The notes beneath the pieces are model-generated. The model saw only the letters and a program-made list of their open reading frames with translations. It was not told the origin of the DNA and did not search any database. Below, piece by piece: positions 19,571 to 29,880 of a DNA stretch of 64,000 nucleotides. Source of the DNA: Oligoflexia bacterium. GTDB taxonomy: Bacteria; Bdellovibrionota; UBA1018; CAIMNF01. Made by a program: the position numbers and the translations under genes. Within the stretch, counting starts at the first letter, position 1. The number at the start of each line of letters is the position of its first letter. The stretch is from the NCBI GenBank assembly GCA_903831745.1, contig CAIKYX010000261.1:4685-68684 (forward strand). Direction: 5' to 3'.

Positions 19571-21043
19571 CTAGTGCTGAAGTGCGATTCCTTTCAATAT
19601 CTGAATCACCAGGTTCGGCATGATTCCCCAGCCCACCACACCCAGAGCAGAAATCACCACTGCAAGTTGGCCGGTAAAACTGGTTTTGAAGGAAGCGGCT
19701 GTGGGATCTGCGTCCCGCATCACCATCAAGGCGATCGGGCGAAGATAGGCATAGGCGCCTACTACCGCACAAACCGCTGCCACTACGGCAAAAATACCCT
19801 CGCCCGCATCGAGAGAGGACAAAAAGACAAAGTATTTGGTAAAGAAACCAATCGTCAGAGGCATGCCGGCCATAGAAAGCAGAAAAATAGTCCAAAGCAA
19901 GGTTCTAAAGGGGCTCCGCTTAAAAAGCCCGGTCAGGTCGACGAGCTCTGTTCCTGCATCTTCACGCGGTTCGGATTGGCTGATCAATAGAAATAACCCG
20001 CACGTCATGAGCGAATAACCAAAGAGGTAGATCCAAACAGAATAGATCAGTTCGGGCTTCGTCATGGCCGCAAGCAATCCCAACAGCAAATAGCCGGAAT
20101 GCGAAATCGAAGAGTAGGCGAGCATGCGCTTTAAGTTCTTCTGGGTAACGACGACCGCACTGCCCACAACCAGACTCAATACCGCTACCAGGCGAATCAG
20201 TTGTTTGAGCGACTCAAAATAGGGCACCCATTCAATTCGGGCAGAATCGATCATTCCAAGCAGGCGTGCCAGCACCACAAATCCTGCCATGGTCACGACC
20301 GTTGCCATGACTCCGGTAACCGCAGTGGGCGCACCTTCATAGACGTCGGGTTTCCAGAAATGAAACGGAACCGCTGCAACCTTGAAGAGAAAGGCGATCA
20401 ACAGAAGCACATGACCTACGTAGAACAATCCAAAATTAGCGGTGGTTCCTTGTGACCAAAGAAAAATGTCCGCCAAATGGGTCGAACCTGTAGCGCCAAA
20501 AACAAAGGATGCACCCAATAGAAACACTGCGCCCAGTGTGCCTCCGGTAATGTAGTACTTGATCGCCGCTTCGTTCGAACGGGCGTCATTACGGCGAAAT
20601 CCGGCCAGAGTATACGCAGGCAAAGACATTACTTCGAGCGCAATGAACATCACCACGAGATCTTTGGCGCACATTAAAATAGAAGCACCCAGAATCAGGA
20701 TCAGTAACAAATGATAGTAATCTGAAAAATGAATCTTCTCTTTCGTCAAATAGCGTGAAGATCCGAAGCCAAAGAGAATTCCAAGCACAGATAAAAGTGC
20801 CAACGCCAAAGTGGTCAGGGGAGAAACTTCCATTGCTCCATTAAATAGCACCTGGGTGCCCTCGGGCATGTTTTTGAGGCAACACAAGAGCGTTAAAAAA
20901 AGCGTGAGGATGGCAAAAACCTGGGCTGGGCGCTTGGTGCTCACCCGAACCACACTAATCATCATGGTCGCCAGAATTCCTCCAGCCAGAACCAACCAAG
21001 GACTCACCAAAGAGAGCGATTCAAAAGAGTCCATTTCACCCAT
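19571..21043 (-). CDS. nuoN: NADH-quinone oxidoreductase subunit N
   Basis: IALEVMS, EAAIKY, FKVAAVPFHFWKPDVYEGAP, KRMLAYSSISH, GFFTKY. Confidence 0.96.
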   Translation of the reverse strand: MGEMDSFESLSLVSPWLVLAGGILATMMISVVRVSTKRPAQVFAILTLFLTLLCCLKNMPEGTQVLFNGAMEVSPLTTLALALLSVLGILFGFGSSRYLTKEKIHFSDYYHLLLILILGASILMCAKDLVVMFIALEVMSLPAYTLAGFRRNDARSNEAAIKYYITGGTLGAVFLLGASFVFGATGSTHLADIFLWSQGTTANFGLFYVGHVLLLIAFLFKVAAVPFHFWKPDVYEGAPTAVTGVMATVVTMAGFVVLARLLGMIDSARIEWVPYFESLKQLIRLVAVLSLVVGSAVVVTQKNLKRMLAYSSISHSGYLLLGLLAAMTKPELIYSVWIYLFGYSLMTCGLFLLISQSEPREDAGTELVDLTGLFKRSPFRTLLWTIFLLSMAGMPLTIGFFTKYFVFLSSLDAGEGIFAVVAAVCAVVGAYAYLRPIALMVMRDADPTAASFKTSFTGQLAVVISALGVVGWGIMPNLVIQILKGIALQH

Positions 21044-22463
21044 TTCCTTTCAAAAGTAACATCGGCTGAAAACCAAAATAAATCAGGATCAATACGAGAA
21101 CACTCAAAACGGCAATATCATAGACCCCCAGGTCTTTGACCGTTTGATCTCCGCTCGCTTCTCCAAACCCAAGCTGTTGGTAGAACTTAAGCATATAGAC
21201 TGCTCCTAAAACCACACCGAGAGCGCCCACCACCACACTTGGAACACTCGCTGAAAATGCGTGAAGCAAACTTAAGAATTCACCCACAAAATTCATGGTC
21301 CCCGGCAAGGCAACCGCTCCGAGTACCGCGATAAACATAAAAGTGAATAACACCGGGTAAACCCTAGCCAAACCATGAGAAACGCTCAAATCTGATACAT
21401 CCTTCCGTTCTTCTACCAGATGAAGCCCATAAAAAAGCATCGCACTGACCAAAGTGTGCCCAATGCTTAATAGAATCGCAGACGAAGCTCCACCACTCGA
21501 CAAAGAGAACACACCCAGCATCACGAATCCCAAATGGCTGATCGATGAATAGGCGAGTAACTCTTTCGGTGAATTTGCACGGATTGCAAGAAAGGCCGCA
21601 TAAAGAATTGAAACTGCGCTCAGCGCGAGGATCCACCCCTGATTCTCGAGTGCCAGGCCCGGAAAGATTGGAAGCACAAATCGCAAGAAACCAAACACGC
21701 CCAGCTTCGATAGAATAGCCGACATCCAGAGGGTCGCAGGCATGGGGGCATTGACATAAACCTCTTTAAGCCAACCATGAAACGGAAACACCGGAACCTT
21801 GATGGCAAAAGCGAGAAAGAATCCCAAAAAGCACCAATGCAGGGCCTGTCCGTTTTTAACCGAAGCGGCCTGAATCAAATCAGGCAAACTGCTTGAGTAC
21901 TGACCGGATTGTTCCTTGAATAAATAAATCAAGGCGAACATCGAAACCAGCATGAGTACCGACCCGAAGAAACTCATCAAGAAAAAGCGAAACACCGAAG
22001 TAGCCTTGGCATTCGACCCCCAAATGCCGACCATGAAAATCATCGGAATGAAGACTGCCTCATATGCCAGATAGAACAAAATGACGTCGTTACTTAAGAA
22101 CGCGGCATTGAGCGCAAACATCAGAAAGAAACCAAGCGCAGTAAACAGTCGAGAGTTCTTTCGATACCAAGGGCCCCTGAGACTAAACGCAAGCACAGCC
22201 ACCAATGAATTCAAAATAACGAACCAGCGCGAAACCGAATCCCACTTAAGGTTCAGTGACAACCCCAACTCAGGAAGCCAAACGAGCTTTACATCCCAGG
22301 GCGTGTCGCCCGCCTGAAGTGCGATATAGATGCTGACCGCAAGAATGACGAGACTTCCAAAAATCGCATAGATGCGCTGGCTAGTTTTTGGCATGATCCA
22401 GGAAAGAAAAATGCCTACCACCGGAAGCGAGAGTAATGCTGACAGGAGATTATAATTTACCAT
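21036..22463 (-). CDS. nuoM: NADH-quinone oxidoreductase subunit M
   Basis: AYEAVFIP, IKVPVFPFHGWL, LSKLG, AYSSISHLG, LPGTMNFVGE. Confidence 0.96.
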   Translation of the reverse strand: MVNYNLLSALLSLPVVGIFLSWIMPKTSQRIYAIFGSLVILAVSIYIALQAGDTPWDVKLVWLPELGLSLNLKWDSVSRWFVILNSLVAVLAFSLRGPWYRKNSRLFTALGFFLMFALNAAFLSNDVILFYLAYEAVFIPMIFMVGIWGSNAKATSVFRFFLMSFFGSVLMLVSMFALIYLFKEQSGQYSSSLPDLIQAASVKNGQALHWCFLGFFLAFAIKVPVFPFHGWLKEVYVNAPMPATLWMSAILSKLGVFGFLRFVLPIFPGLALENQGWILALSAVSILYAAFLAIRANSPKELLAYSSISHLGFVMLGVFSLSSGGASSAILLSIGHTLVSAMLFYGLHLVEERKDVSDLSVSHGLARVYPVLFTFMFIAVLGAVALPGTMNFVGEFLSLLHAFSASVPSVVVGALGVVLGAVYMLKFYQQLGFGEASGDQTVKDLGVYDIAVLSVLVLILIYFGFQPMLLLKGNG

Positions 22464-24312
22464 ATTGTCCTACTCCATAAATAACCCAGGCCAGAATTGC
22501 AAAAATTGCAATGGCCATCATCGCAAGATAGCCTTGAGCTGATCCCGACTGTGCAATCTTAAGAATGTTTCCCGAAAGGTCGACCGCGACCGCGCTCCAT
22601 CGAATGAGGCGCTGTACGATCATTTCCTCAAAAAACGTATTGATTCCGGTCGCAATTTTTTGTGTGCCCGTACCGAACGTACAAAGATAAAAAGAATCCC
22701 ACTTCATTCCATTCAGCAAAAAGGAATTTACCTTTTCGGCTTTTGAAGTTTGGCCATATTTTTTGTGCGCGATGAATGCTCCGATAAGCGCCATGACGAC
22801 ACTTCCACCCATGACGGCGTATTCGATTGCGTGGCTTTCGGTCGTGGTTTCAGCACCCACATGAACCGGGGCACCCAACCAACCTCCCACCAAAGCCAAG
22901 ATAGAAAGAACAATCAGGGGAGCTGCCATCAGCATCGGAGATTCGTGAATCTTGGCCGCAACCTTTGCGTCTACCCGTGATGGTCCGAAAAACACGAGAA
23001 CAAGCAAGCGAGTCATATAAAACGCAGTCAAGAATGCCGCGGCCACTGCAAGAATGAAAAAAGAAACGCTTCCATGAGGCGAGGTCAGTGATTGGTAAAT
23101 GATTTCGTCCTTCGAGAAAAATCCACTGAATGGGGGCAATCCGAGGATCGCAGCCCAACCCATGATGAAAGTCCAAGAGGTGATCGGAAGCTTTTTCATC
23201 AAACCGCCCATTTTGAAAATATCCTGTTCGCCATGAAGGGCGTGGATTACACTTCCTGCTCCCAAGAACAAAAGCGCCTTAAAAAAAGCGTGGGTCATGA
23301 CGTGAAACACTCCCGCATCAAACGCGCCGACACCGCAGCCCAAAAACATGAACCCCAATTGTGAAATCGTAGAATATGCCAATACCTTCTTGATATCGGT
23401 TTGCGCACACGCCATCAGGGCCGATAAAAATACTGTCACAGCGCCCGTCATTGCAATAACCATCAGGACCGTCTCGGAAGATGAAATGACCGACGACAAG
23501 CGAGTCAGCAAATAGATTCCGCTCGTCACCATGGTCGCCGCGTGAATCAATGCAGAGACCGGGGTAGGTCCGGCCATGGCATCTGGAAGCCACGTAAAAA
23601 GTGGGATCTGCGCCGACTTTCCGGTGCAGGCGAAAAAGATCAGAAGCCCAAACGGCAATACCAGTGCCGGCTCTAAACCAATTTTCTGAAGTTGAAGCAA
23701 ATCGAGGGTTCCGGTCGCACGAAAGGCCAGGAACATGGCCAAGAGAAATGCAAGGTCGCCAATGCGGTTCATAATGAAAGCCTTTTGACCGGCGGCTACT
23801 TTTTCAAGATCTCGATACCAATAGCCAATCAAGAGGTAACTGGCGAGACCGACACCTTCCCAACCCAAAAATACATGTGGAAGAGTGGCGCCCAAAACCA
23901 GATTCAACATCATGAAACAAAACAGATTCAAATAAGAGAAGTATTTGGCAGGAGTTTCGTCATCATGCATGTACCCAATCGAATACAAATGAATGAGCGA
24001 GCCCACACCGGTGATGACCAGACAAAAAACTGCGCTTAAGGAATCTAGCCTTAAAGTAAAGTCGAGCTGTAACTTTCCGAGCGAAATCCAGTTGAACAAA
24101 GTCTGCTCAAAGATACGCCCCTCTGCCGGAATATTTCGAAGAAGCAGAAATTGATAAAGGGCCACGCCGAAGGATGCAACCATGGCTGCAGTTGCGATAA
24201 AGCCAGAAACGTTGGCTGAGATTTTTCTTTTTGAATTCACGGCCATCAAATGAAGAAGTCCGTTGATTAAAAATCCCACTGCCGGAAATAGTATTAGCAA
24301 GCTCAATATCAT
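22450..24312 (-). CDS. nuoL: NADH-quinone oxidoreductase subunit L
   Basis: GWEGVG, NRIGD, GKSAQIPL, DAMAGPTPVSALIHAATMV, HAFFKALLFL, FSKDEI. Confidence 0.97.
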   Translation of the reverse strand: MILSLLILFPAVGFLINGLLHLMAVNSKRKISANVSGFIATAAMVASFGVALYQFLLLRNIPAEGRIFEQTLFNWISLGKLQLDFTLRLDSLSAVFCLVITGVGSLIHLYSIGYMHDDETPAKYFSYLNLFCFMMLNLVLGATLPHVFLGWEGVGLASYLLIGYWYRDLEKVAAGQKAFIMNRIGDLAFLLAMFLAFRATGTLDLLQLQKIGLEPALVLPFGLLIFFACTGKSAQIPLFTWLPDAMAGPTPVSALIHAATMVTSGIYLLTRLSSVISSSETVLMVIAMTGAVTVFLSALMACAQTDIKKVLAYSTISQLGFMFLGCGVGAFDAGVFHVMTHAFFKALLFLGAGSVIHALHGEQDIFKMGGLMKKLPITSWTFIMGWAAILGLPPFSGFFSKDEIIYQSLTSPHGSVSFFILAVAAAFLTAFYMTRLLVLVFFGPSRVDAKVAAKIHESPMLMAAPLIVLSILALVGGWLGAPVHVGAETTTESHAIEYAVMGGSVVMALIGAFIAHKKYGQTSKAEKVNSFLLNGMKWDSFYLCTFGTGTQKIATGINTFFEEMIVQRLIRWSAVAVDLSGNILKIAQSGSAQGYLAMMAIAIFAILAWVIYGVGQYGKL

Positions 24313-24325
24313 AATCTTCCTATCA

Positions 24326-24637
24326 TCAATCTCTTAGCATTTGTATTTGATCAGAATCGACCGTTCGAAGCGTACGAAACAGCGCGATTACCAAGCCCAA
24401 GCCTACCGCAGATTCGGCGGCGGCAACCGTCATCACGAACAACGCGGTCAGATCGCCCTCTACCAAATGATGAATTCTCGAGAACGCCACAAAACACAAA
24501 TTCACCGAATTCAGCATCAGCTCGATGCTCATCAACATGATGAGCAGGTTCTTTCGGACAATTACGCCCAGAAGCCCGATGGTAAAAACAATCATCGCCA
24601 CAATCAAAAGCATCCAAGGCTGAAGTTCTGGAATCAT
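24326..24637 (-). CDS. nuoK: NADH-quinone oxidoreductase subunit K
   Basis: MSIELMLN and VAAAESAVGL (both conserved Glu). Confidence 0.96.
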   Translation of the reverse strand: MIPELQPWMLLIVAMIVFTIGLLGVIVRKNLLIMLMSIELMLNSVNLCFVAFSRIHHLVEGDLTALFVMTVAAAESAVGLGLVIALFRTLRTVDSDQIQMLRD

Positions 24638-25173
24638 GACTCGCCCCCTAAAGCTGTTTTTCTTTTGGCCAAGGCAACCGTAGATACGATCGCTCCCAGT
24701 AACAAAAACGAGGTCAGTTCGAAATGAAACACGTGATCTGAAAAAAGAGCCTCTGAAACTACCCTGAGATTTCCACCCTGGGCCGTGATCTTTTCTTCGG
24801 TAAGTTGCCCGACCGCCACAATATCCTGAGCGCGTAATACCGTATGAATCAGAATCATCGCAAGACCTGCAAGAGCAAGCGCCGCAACGCCCTTGAACAA
24901 TCCCGAACTTTCTTTAAGGTCATTGACCGGCGTATCCTGATTCAAAAGCATGATGACGAACACAAATAGAACCATGATGGCTCCGGTGTACACCAGAATC
25001 TGAAGTGCAGCGATCAAGTGGGCGCCAATCAACGCGTACAAACCGGCAAACGCAAAGAATACCATGACCAACGCAAACGCAGATGAAACCGGATTCTTTT
25101 TTAAGACCACCGAAAGCGCCCCGAAGATCGCGATCGTCGAGAATACACAAAACGCAAAAAACCCCAGATTCAT
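24634..25173 (-). CDS. nuoJ: NADH-quinone oxidoreductase subunit J
   Basis: NPVSSA, QILVYTGAIMVLFVFVIML, FELTSFLL. Confidence 0.95.
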   Translation of the reverse strand: MNLGFFAFCVFSTIAIFGALSVVLKKNPVSSAFALVMVFFAFAGLYALIGAHLIAALQILVYTGAIMVLFVFVIMLLNQDTPVNDLKESSGLFKGVAALALAGLAMILIHTVLRAQDIVAVGQLTEEKITAQGGNLRVVSEALFSDHVFHFELTSFLLLGAIVSTVALAKRKTALGGES

Positions 25174-25616
25174 GATTTGTTTCCCCGCTGCTCCATCAAG
25201 AAGTCCTTTGAGTACACCGAGCGGTGCTCCTGACTCATTTCATAGATATTACTGAGCTTGATCGCATCCTTCGGACATGCCTCTTCGCACATGCCGCAAA
25301 AACAACAACGAAGCACATCAATCTCGAATTTTACTGGGTACTTTTCCTTGTCTTCGCGCTCGCCCGCCTCGATGTGAATACACTCGGCAGGGCAGACAGT
25401 CGGGCAAAGCATGCAGGCCGTACAGTTTTCAATTTCGTTTACGGCCTTGATATAATGTTGCCCGCGAAAACGAGACGAATATTCGCGACGCTCTTCCGGA
25501 AACTTAAGGGTCACCTTTTTATGAAAAAAGAAGTTTCGAATCGTAATCAATAGTCCCTGAATGATTTCGATCAAATAGAGGCGGTTCAAAAAGCCAGTTT
25601 TTCTTTGCGCCAGCAT
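25170..25616 (-). CDS. nuoI: NADH-quinone oxidoreductase subunit I
   Basis: FPEE, RFRG, CTACMLCPTVCP, CCFCGMCEEACP. Confidence 0.96.
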   Translation of the reverse strand: MLAQRKTGFLNRLYLIEIIQGLLITIRNFFFHKKVTLKFPEERREYSSRFRGQHYIKAVNEIENCTACMLCPTVCPAECIHIEAGEREDKEKYPVKFEIDVLRCCFCGMCEEACPKDAIKLSNIYEMSQEHRSVYSKDFLMEQRGNKS

Positions 25617-26696
25617 TTAGAGCACTCCTTTATAAATCAACAAGCCCGTAACAAATACATTGATCAGGGCGATGGGAAACAACACTTTCCAACCTAGTTT
25701 CATCAATTGGTCGAAACGAAAGCGCGGCAAGGTCCAGCGAACCCAGACAAAGAACCACATCCAAAATGCGACCTTGATGACAAACGAAACACCCTGAAAG
25801 AAAACCAGAATCAATTGAGCATGCTCGGTTCCTGCGAATTGGCCTGCAAGCCAGCCAAACCCCGGAAGGAGCTGCCAGCCGCCGAAAAAGAGTGAAGTAA
25901 TCAGGCCTGACGCCACAGCCATATTGATGAATTCGGCCATCATGAAAAGCGCGAACCTCATCGATCCGTACTCGAGATGGTAACCGGCAATCAACTCGGA
26001 CTCACCCTCTGGCAAATCGAATGGCAGACGGTTCGTCTCGGCAAAAACCGAAATGAGAAAAATAATGAACCCGACCGGCTGGATGAAAATTCCCCACTTT
26101 GGAATATCGAGTCCTGCAATCGAAACCAGGGTTTCACCCTGAGCTGCAGTGATGTCACCGAGCTTCACACTTTGAAACACCATGATGATACCGACAATCG
26201 ACAATCCCAGAGTCAATTCATAGCTGATCATCTGAGCAGAAGACCGAAGGCTTCCCAAAAGTGAATATTTATTATTCGACGCCCAACCCGCCATGATGAT
26301 TCCGTAAACGCCGAGTGAAGCGACTGAAAAACAATACAAGATACCCACATCGAGATTGGCAACCTGAAAGATCGCCTCAGAGCCATTCCATGACATTGAA
26401 CCCGCGAATGGAATGACTGCAAAAGTCATGAAGGCGGGGATAACCGCGAGCCAAGGAGCAAGCGAGTAATAGAATTTGTTGACGTGGCCAGGAGGGCTGT
26501 CTTCTTTGAAAATAAACTTAAGCACATCGCATGCGGCCTGAAACATCCCGAACGGCCCCATGCGGTTTGGTCCGAGACGATTCTGTAAAAGCGCTGATCC
26601 CCTGCGTTCTACAAACAACATGATCGGAACCACGGCAAGGAGTCCCGCCAGCACTACTGCGATCTTAATCATCATGAACGACATTTCGAAACTCAT
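25617..26696 (-). CDS. nuoH: NADH-quinone oxidoreductase subunit H
   Basis: ERR..Q.R.GPNR.GP, RSSAQMISYE, ETNRLPFDLPEGESEL, PRFRFDQLM. Confidence 0.97.
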   Translation of the reverse strand: MSFEMSFMMIKIAVVLAGLLAVVPIMLFVERRGSALLQNRLGPNRMGPFGMFQAACDVLKFIFKEDSPPGHVNKFYYSLAPWLAVIPAFMTFAVIPFAGSMSWNGSEAIFQVANLDVGILYCFSVASLGVYGIIMAGWASNNKYSLLGSLRSSAQMISYELTLGLSIVGIIMVFQSVKLGDITAAQGETLVSIAGLDIPKWGIFIQPVGFIIFLISVFAETNRLPFDLPEGESELIAGYHLEYGSMRFALFMMAEFINMAVASGLITSLFFGGWQLLPGFGWLAGQFAGTEHAQLILVFFQGVSFVIKVAFWMWFFVWVRWTLPRFRFDQLMKLGWKVLFPIALINVFVTGLLIYKGVL

Positions 26697-28108
26697 GATA
26701 CGGCTCCCGCCAGTGCTTTTTTATTCATCGCAAGCATCAGTACCTCAGAAAAAGCCTTGCACCGACCTCCTGGCAACACAGCTCGTCTCAGTTTTTGTTC
26801 GATTCCCATGTGATTGATGACAGTTCCGTCTTTTTCGGTAAACGAAAAACCCGGTAGCACCAGACTCAGGCCCGCAGTATCGGCCGCGAGAAACACACCC
26901 ACTCCAATGACTTTCTTAGCCTTGATGGCTGGAAGCACCGCACGTCCACCCCGAAAAACAATGACCGTGTCTGTCGATGATTTTCCGGAATAGGCGGGGA
27001 TGCCCAACTTTTCAGCACCATTCAAGTTCGAGGTCTTGCTCTTCATCTTCAGGATGGTGTCTTGCGGTCCATCCTGCGCGGTCGACTCAACTCCCTGAGT
27101 TCCAAAATGTTCTACTGTGATTTTTGAAAGGCCTGCGAACTCTTTGATCGTCGCCATTTCTTCAAGCGTCAGATCCGTACCCACCAGAAACGAAACTTTC
27201 GAAGCCGAAATTTCAGCCCGGAAGCTTTCCATGGCAGAATCCCACGAGGCCTTGATCAATTCTCCGGCGTCTCGTTTCATCGGCTCGAGAACGCGGGTAG
27301 GGTCCTGGGTATAGCGATAATTGAATCGACCTTCATCACACATCCAGAATTTATTGATTTGTTGGTTTTCGATAGGAACACAGCGGTAGACCACGTTGCC
27401 TTCGTGTTGAACTTCGATATTACAACCTTTCGAACACCCTTCACAAACAGACGCGGTTTTCTTCAGCATCCATGCGCGTTTACGAAAGCGAAAATCCTTA
27501 AGCGTCAAAGACCCGGTCGGGCAAATATCGGAATAATTTCCGGCATACTCGGTTTGAAGTTGTTTGCCGTCGATAGTGGTGATGTCGATATTATTTCCGC
27601 GTTGAACCGCCACCATTTCATGAATGCCTGCAATCTCATCGCCAAAGCGGATACAGCGAGTGCAATGAATACAGCGATTCATGTTCTTTTCGATGACCGG
27701 CCCCATGTCGACATCGACAAACGTTCTTCGCTCTTCTGAATGGCGCATGGTCGCATTGCCGTAACCGAAGGAATTATTCTGAAGATCGCATTCTCCCGAC
27801 TTATCACAGATCGGACAATCGAGCGGGTGATTGAGGAGCAAAAACTCCATCGTGCCTGCTCGCCCTTTGATTACATTTTCTGAATTGGTCTTTACCACCA
27901 TGCCTTCGCCGGCCATGGTCGAGCACGCCGTCTGAAGTTTTGGCATCTTCTCGACTTCGACATAACACATGCGACATTGGGCAACGACACTGAGGCCCGG
28001 GTGATAACAAAATACCGGAATCTCGACTCCCGCGCGCGCAGCGACTTTGATCAGATTTTCTCCGGCCGTAAATTCGACTTCCTTACCGTCGATCGTGCAT
28101 TTAGGCAT
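26693..28108 (-). CDS. nuoG: NADH-quinone oxidoreductase subunit G (short, about 471 aa)
   Basis: FCYH...CRMC, HPLDCPICDKSGEC, RCIHCTRC, CPTGSL, CEGCSKGC...C. Start taken at MPKC. Confidence 0.95.
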   Translation of the reverse strand: MPKCTIDGKEVEFTAGENLIKVAARAGVEIPVFCYHPGLSVVAQCRMCYVEVEKMPKLQTACSTMAGEGMVVKTNSENVIKGRAGTMEFLLLNHPLDCPICDKSGECDLQNNSFGYGNATMRHSEERRTFVDVDMGPVIEKNMNRCIHCTRCIRFGDEIAGIHEMVAVQRGNNIDITTIDGKQLQTEYAGNYSDICPTGSLTLKDFRFRKRAWMLKKTASVCEGCSKGCNIEVQHEGNVVYRCVPIENQQINKFWMCDEGRFNYRYTQDPTRVLEPMKRDAGELIKASWDSAMESFRAEISASKVSFLVGTDLTLEEMATIKEFAGLSKITVEHFGTQGVESTAQDGPQDTILKMKSKTSNLNGAEKLGIPAYSGKSSTDTVIVFRGGRAVLPAIKAKKVIGVGVFLAADTAGLSLVLPGFSFTEKDGTVINHMGIEQKLRRAVLPGGRCKAFSEVLMLAMNKKALAGAVS

Positions 28109-29390
28109 ATTTCTTCTGTCCTTTGATATACGCTTCAAATTCTGGTCTGAATTTTTTTACAAAACTGATGACCGGGCCGGCAGCAGCGTCACCCAGTGCA
28201 CAAAGTGTTTTACCACCAATGTTCTGAGCCACTTCGACCAACAAATCTAGATCCTGCATTTTTGCTTCGCCCTTGATCATCTTATGAAGCAGGGATTCCA
28301 TCCAATGGCAGCCTTCACGACAAGGCGTGCACTGACCACAGGATTCATGGGCATAAAACTTGGTGATTCTGAGAAGAAGCTTAACCAGATCGGTATCTTC
28401 GTGAATAACCATGATCGCCGCAGACCCCATCATCGTGCCGATTTTTTGAAGCGGCTCTACATCGTAAATGACATCAATCTCGTCCGCAGTCAGAATCGGC
28501 GCCGATGAACCTCCTGGAATGACCGCCTTCAGGCGTTTATCACCCAGCATTCCGCCGCCCAGATCTTGAATGATCTGACGAAGGGTCATGCCACCCGCCA
28601 TCACCTCATATACTCCCGGTTTTTTTACGTGTCCCGAAAGCGAAATCAGGCGAGTTCCGCCCGACTTGTCGATCTTACCCATTTTTGCAAAACTTTCGCC
28701 GCTCATTCGCATGATAAATGGAATGTTCGCAAGCGACTCGACATTGTTAACCGCAGTTGGGCACGAAAATGCTCCTGAAGTTGCAGGAAATGGTGGTTTT
28801 ACCCGCGGTTCGCCGCGCTTACCCTCAAGAGAGTTCAAAAGCCCGGTTTCTTCACCACAGATATAGGCGCCCGCTCCGCGATGAACGGTAATATCGAGAT
28901 CAAACTTAGAACCCATGATGCCTTGGCCCAGATAACCCTTGGCATAAGCTTCTTGAATGGCTTCGTCGAGAAGCTTTGCTTCACGAACATATTCACCCCG
29001 AATATAGATATAGGCGTGCTTGCACCCAATCGCATAAGAACCAATCACGAGGCCTTCGATCAAAAGATGCGGAGTATAGCGCATGATCTGGCGATCCTTG
29101 CACGTTCCTGGTTCTGACTCATCGGCGTTGCAAACCAGATATTTTGGCTTTTCGCTTTGTTTGGGGATAAAGCTCCACTTCATACCGGTTGGAAAACCGG
29201 CGCCGCCTCGGCCTCGTAAATTTGCTTTCTTTACTTCATCAATGACCTGATCCGGTGTGAGCTCGGTAAGCACACGCTTCGCGGCCTGATACCCGTTCAT
29301 TTTTTCGAGATAATAAGAGAGTGCGCGATTTGAATCCTTAAAGAAATGCTGGATAAAAAGAGAGCCTTCGCTCGCTTTAACTTCACTCAT
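28101..29390 (-). CDS. nuoF: NADH-quinone oxidoreductase subunit F
   Basis: RGRGGAGFPTG, NADESEPG, GAGAYICGEET, ESCGQCTPCREG. Confidence 0.98.
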   Translation of the reverse strand: MSEVKASEGSLFIQHFFKDSNRALSYYLEKMNGYQAAKRVLTELTPDQVIDEVKKANLRGRGGAGFPTGMKWSFIPKQSEKPKYLVCNADESEPGTCKDRQIMRYTPHLLIEGLVIGSYAIGCKHAYIYIRGEYVREAKLLDEAIQEAYAKGYLGQGIMGSKFDLDITVHRGAGAYICGEETGLLNSLEGKRGEPRVKPPFPATSGAFSCPTAVNNVESLANIPFIMRMSGESFAKMGKIDKSGGTRLISLSGHVKKPGVYEVMAGGMTLRQIIQDLGGGMLGDKRLKAVIPGGSSAPILTADEIDVIYDVEPLQKIGTMMGSAAIMVIHEDTDLVKLLLRITKFYAHESCGQCTPCREGCHWMESLLHKMIKGEAKMQDLDLLVEVAQNIGGKTLCALGDAAAGPVISFVKKFRPEFEAYIKGQKKYA

Positions 29391-29878
29391 GAGCGCACCC
29401 CGCCTTCCTTGATTTTTTCGATATAGGCATTGAGCTTGTGAATATCCAATTCTTCGACGTAATCATCGTTCGCCATCATCGCGGGCGCAGCGGTACACGC
29501 ACCAAGGCACTCTTCTTCCGAAAGCGTAAAGAGACCGTCTTTGGTGGTTTCGCCACATTCGATTTCGAGTTTCTTTTCGGCAAATCCCATGAGCTCATCA
29601 GCACCGCGCAGGCAACAAGCCACATTGGTGCAGATCTTCAGATGCATTTTTCCGACGGGCTTAAGATTATACATCGTGTAGAAACTGGCGACCTCACGAA
29701 TTTGCGCCTCGTGCACACCGATGTACTCAGCAACCGCGGCCAGGCTTTCTTTTGGAAGCCAGCCATATTCCTTTTGTGCTTGATGAAGGGCCGGCAGAAT
29801 GAGTGCTTTCTTATTGGGATAGCGACTCTCGAGCTTCTTCATTTCTTCGTAAAACTTGTTTGATAATGGTGTACTCAT
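29387..29878 (-). CDS. nuoE: NADH-quinone oxidoreductase subunit E
   Basis: FYTMY, CTNVAC, ECLGAC. Confidence 0.96.
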   Translation of the reverse strand: MSTPLSNKFYEEMKKLESRYPNKKALILPALHQAQKEYGWLPKESLAAVAEYIGVHEAQIREVASFYTMYNLKPVGKMHLKICTNVACCLRGADELMGFAEKKLEIECGETTKDGLFTLSEEECLGACTAAPAMMANDDYVEELDIHKLNAYIEKIKEGGVRS

Positions 29879-29880
29879 GA

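Noticed and set aside
23293-23308. parS-like ACGTGAAACA in nuoL (and TGTTCGGTGGAAACA in oriC)
   Set aside because: Only a half-site with five mismatches in the first case and the wrong length in the second.
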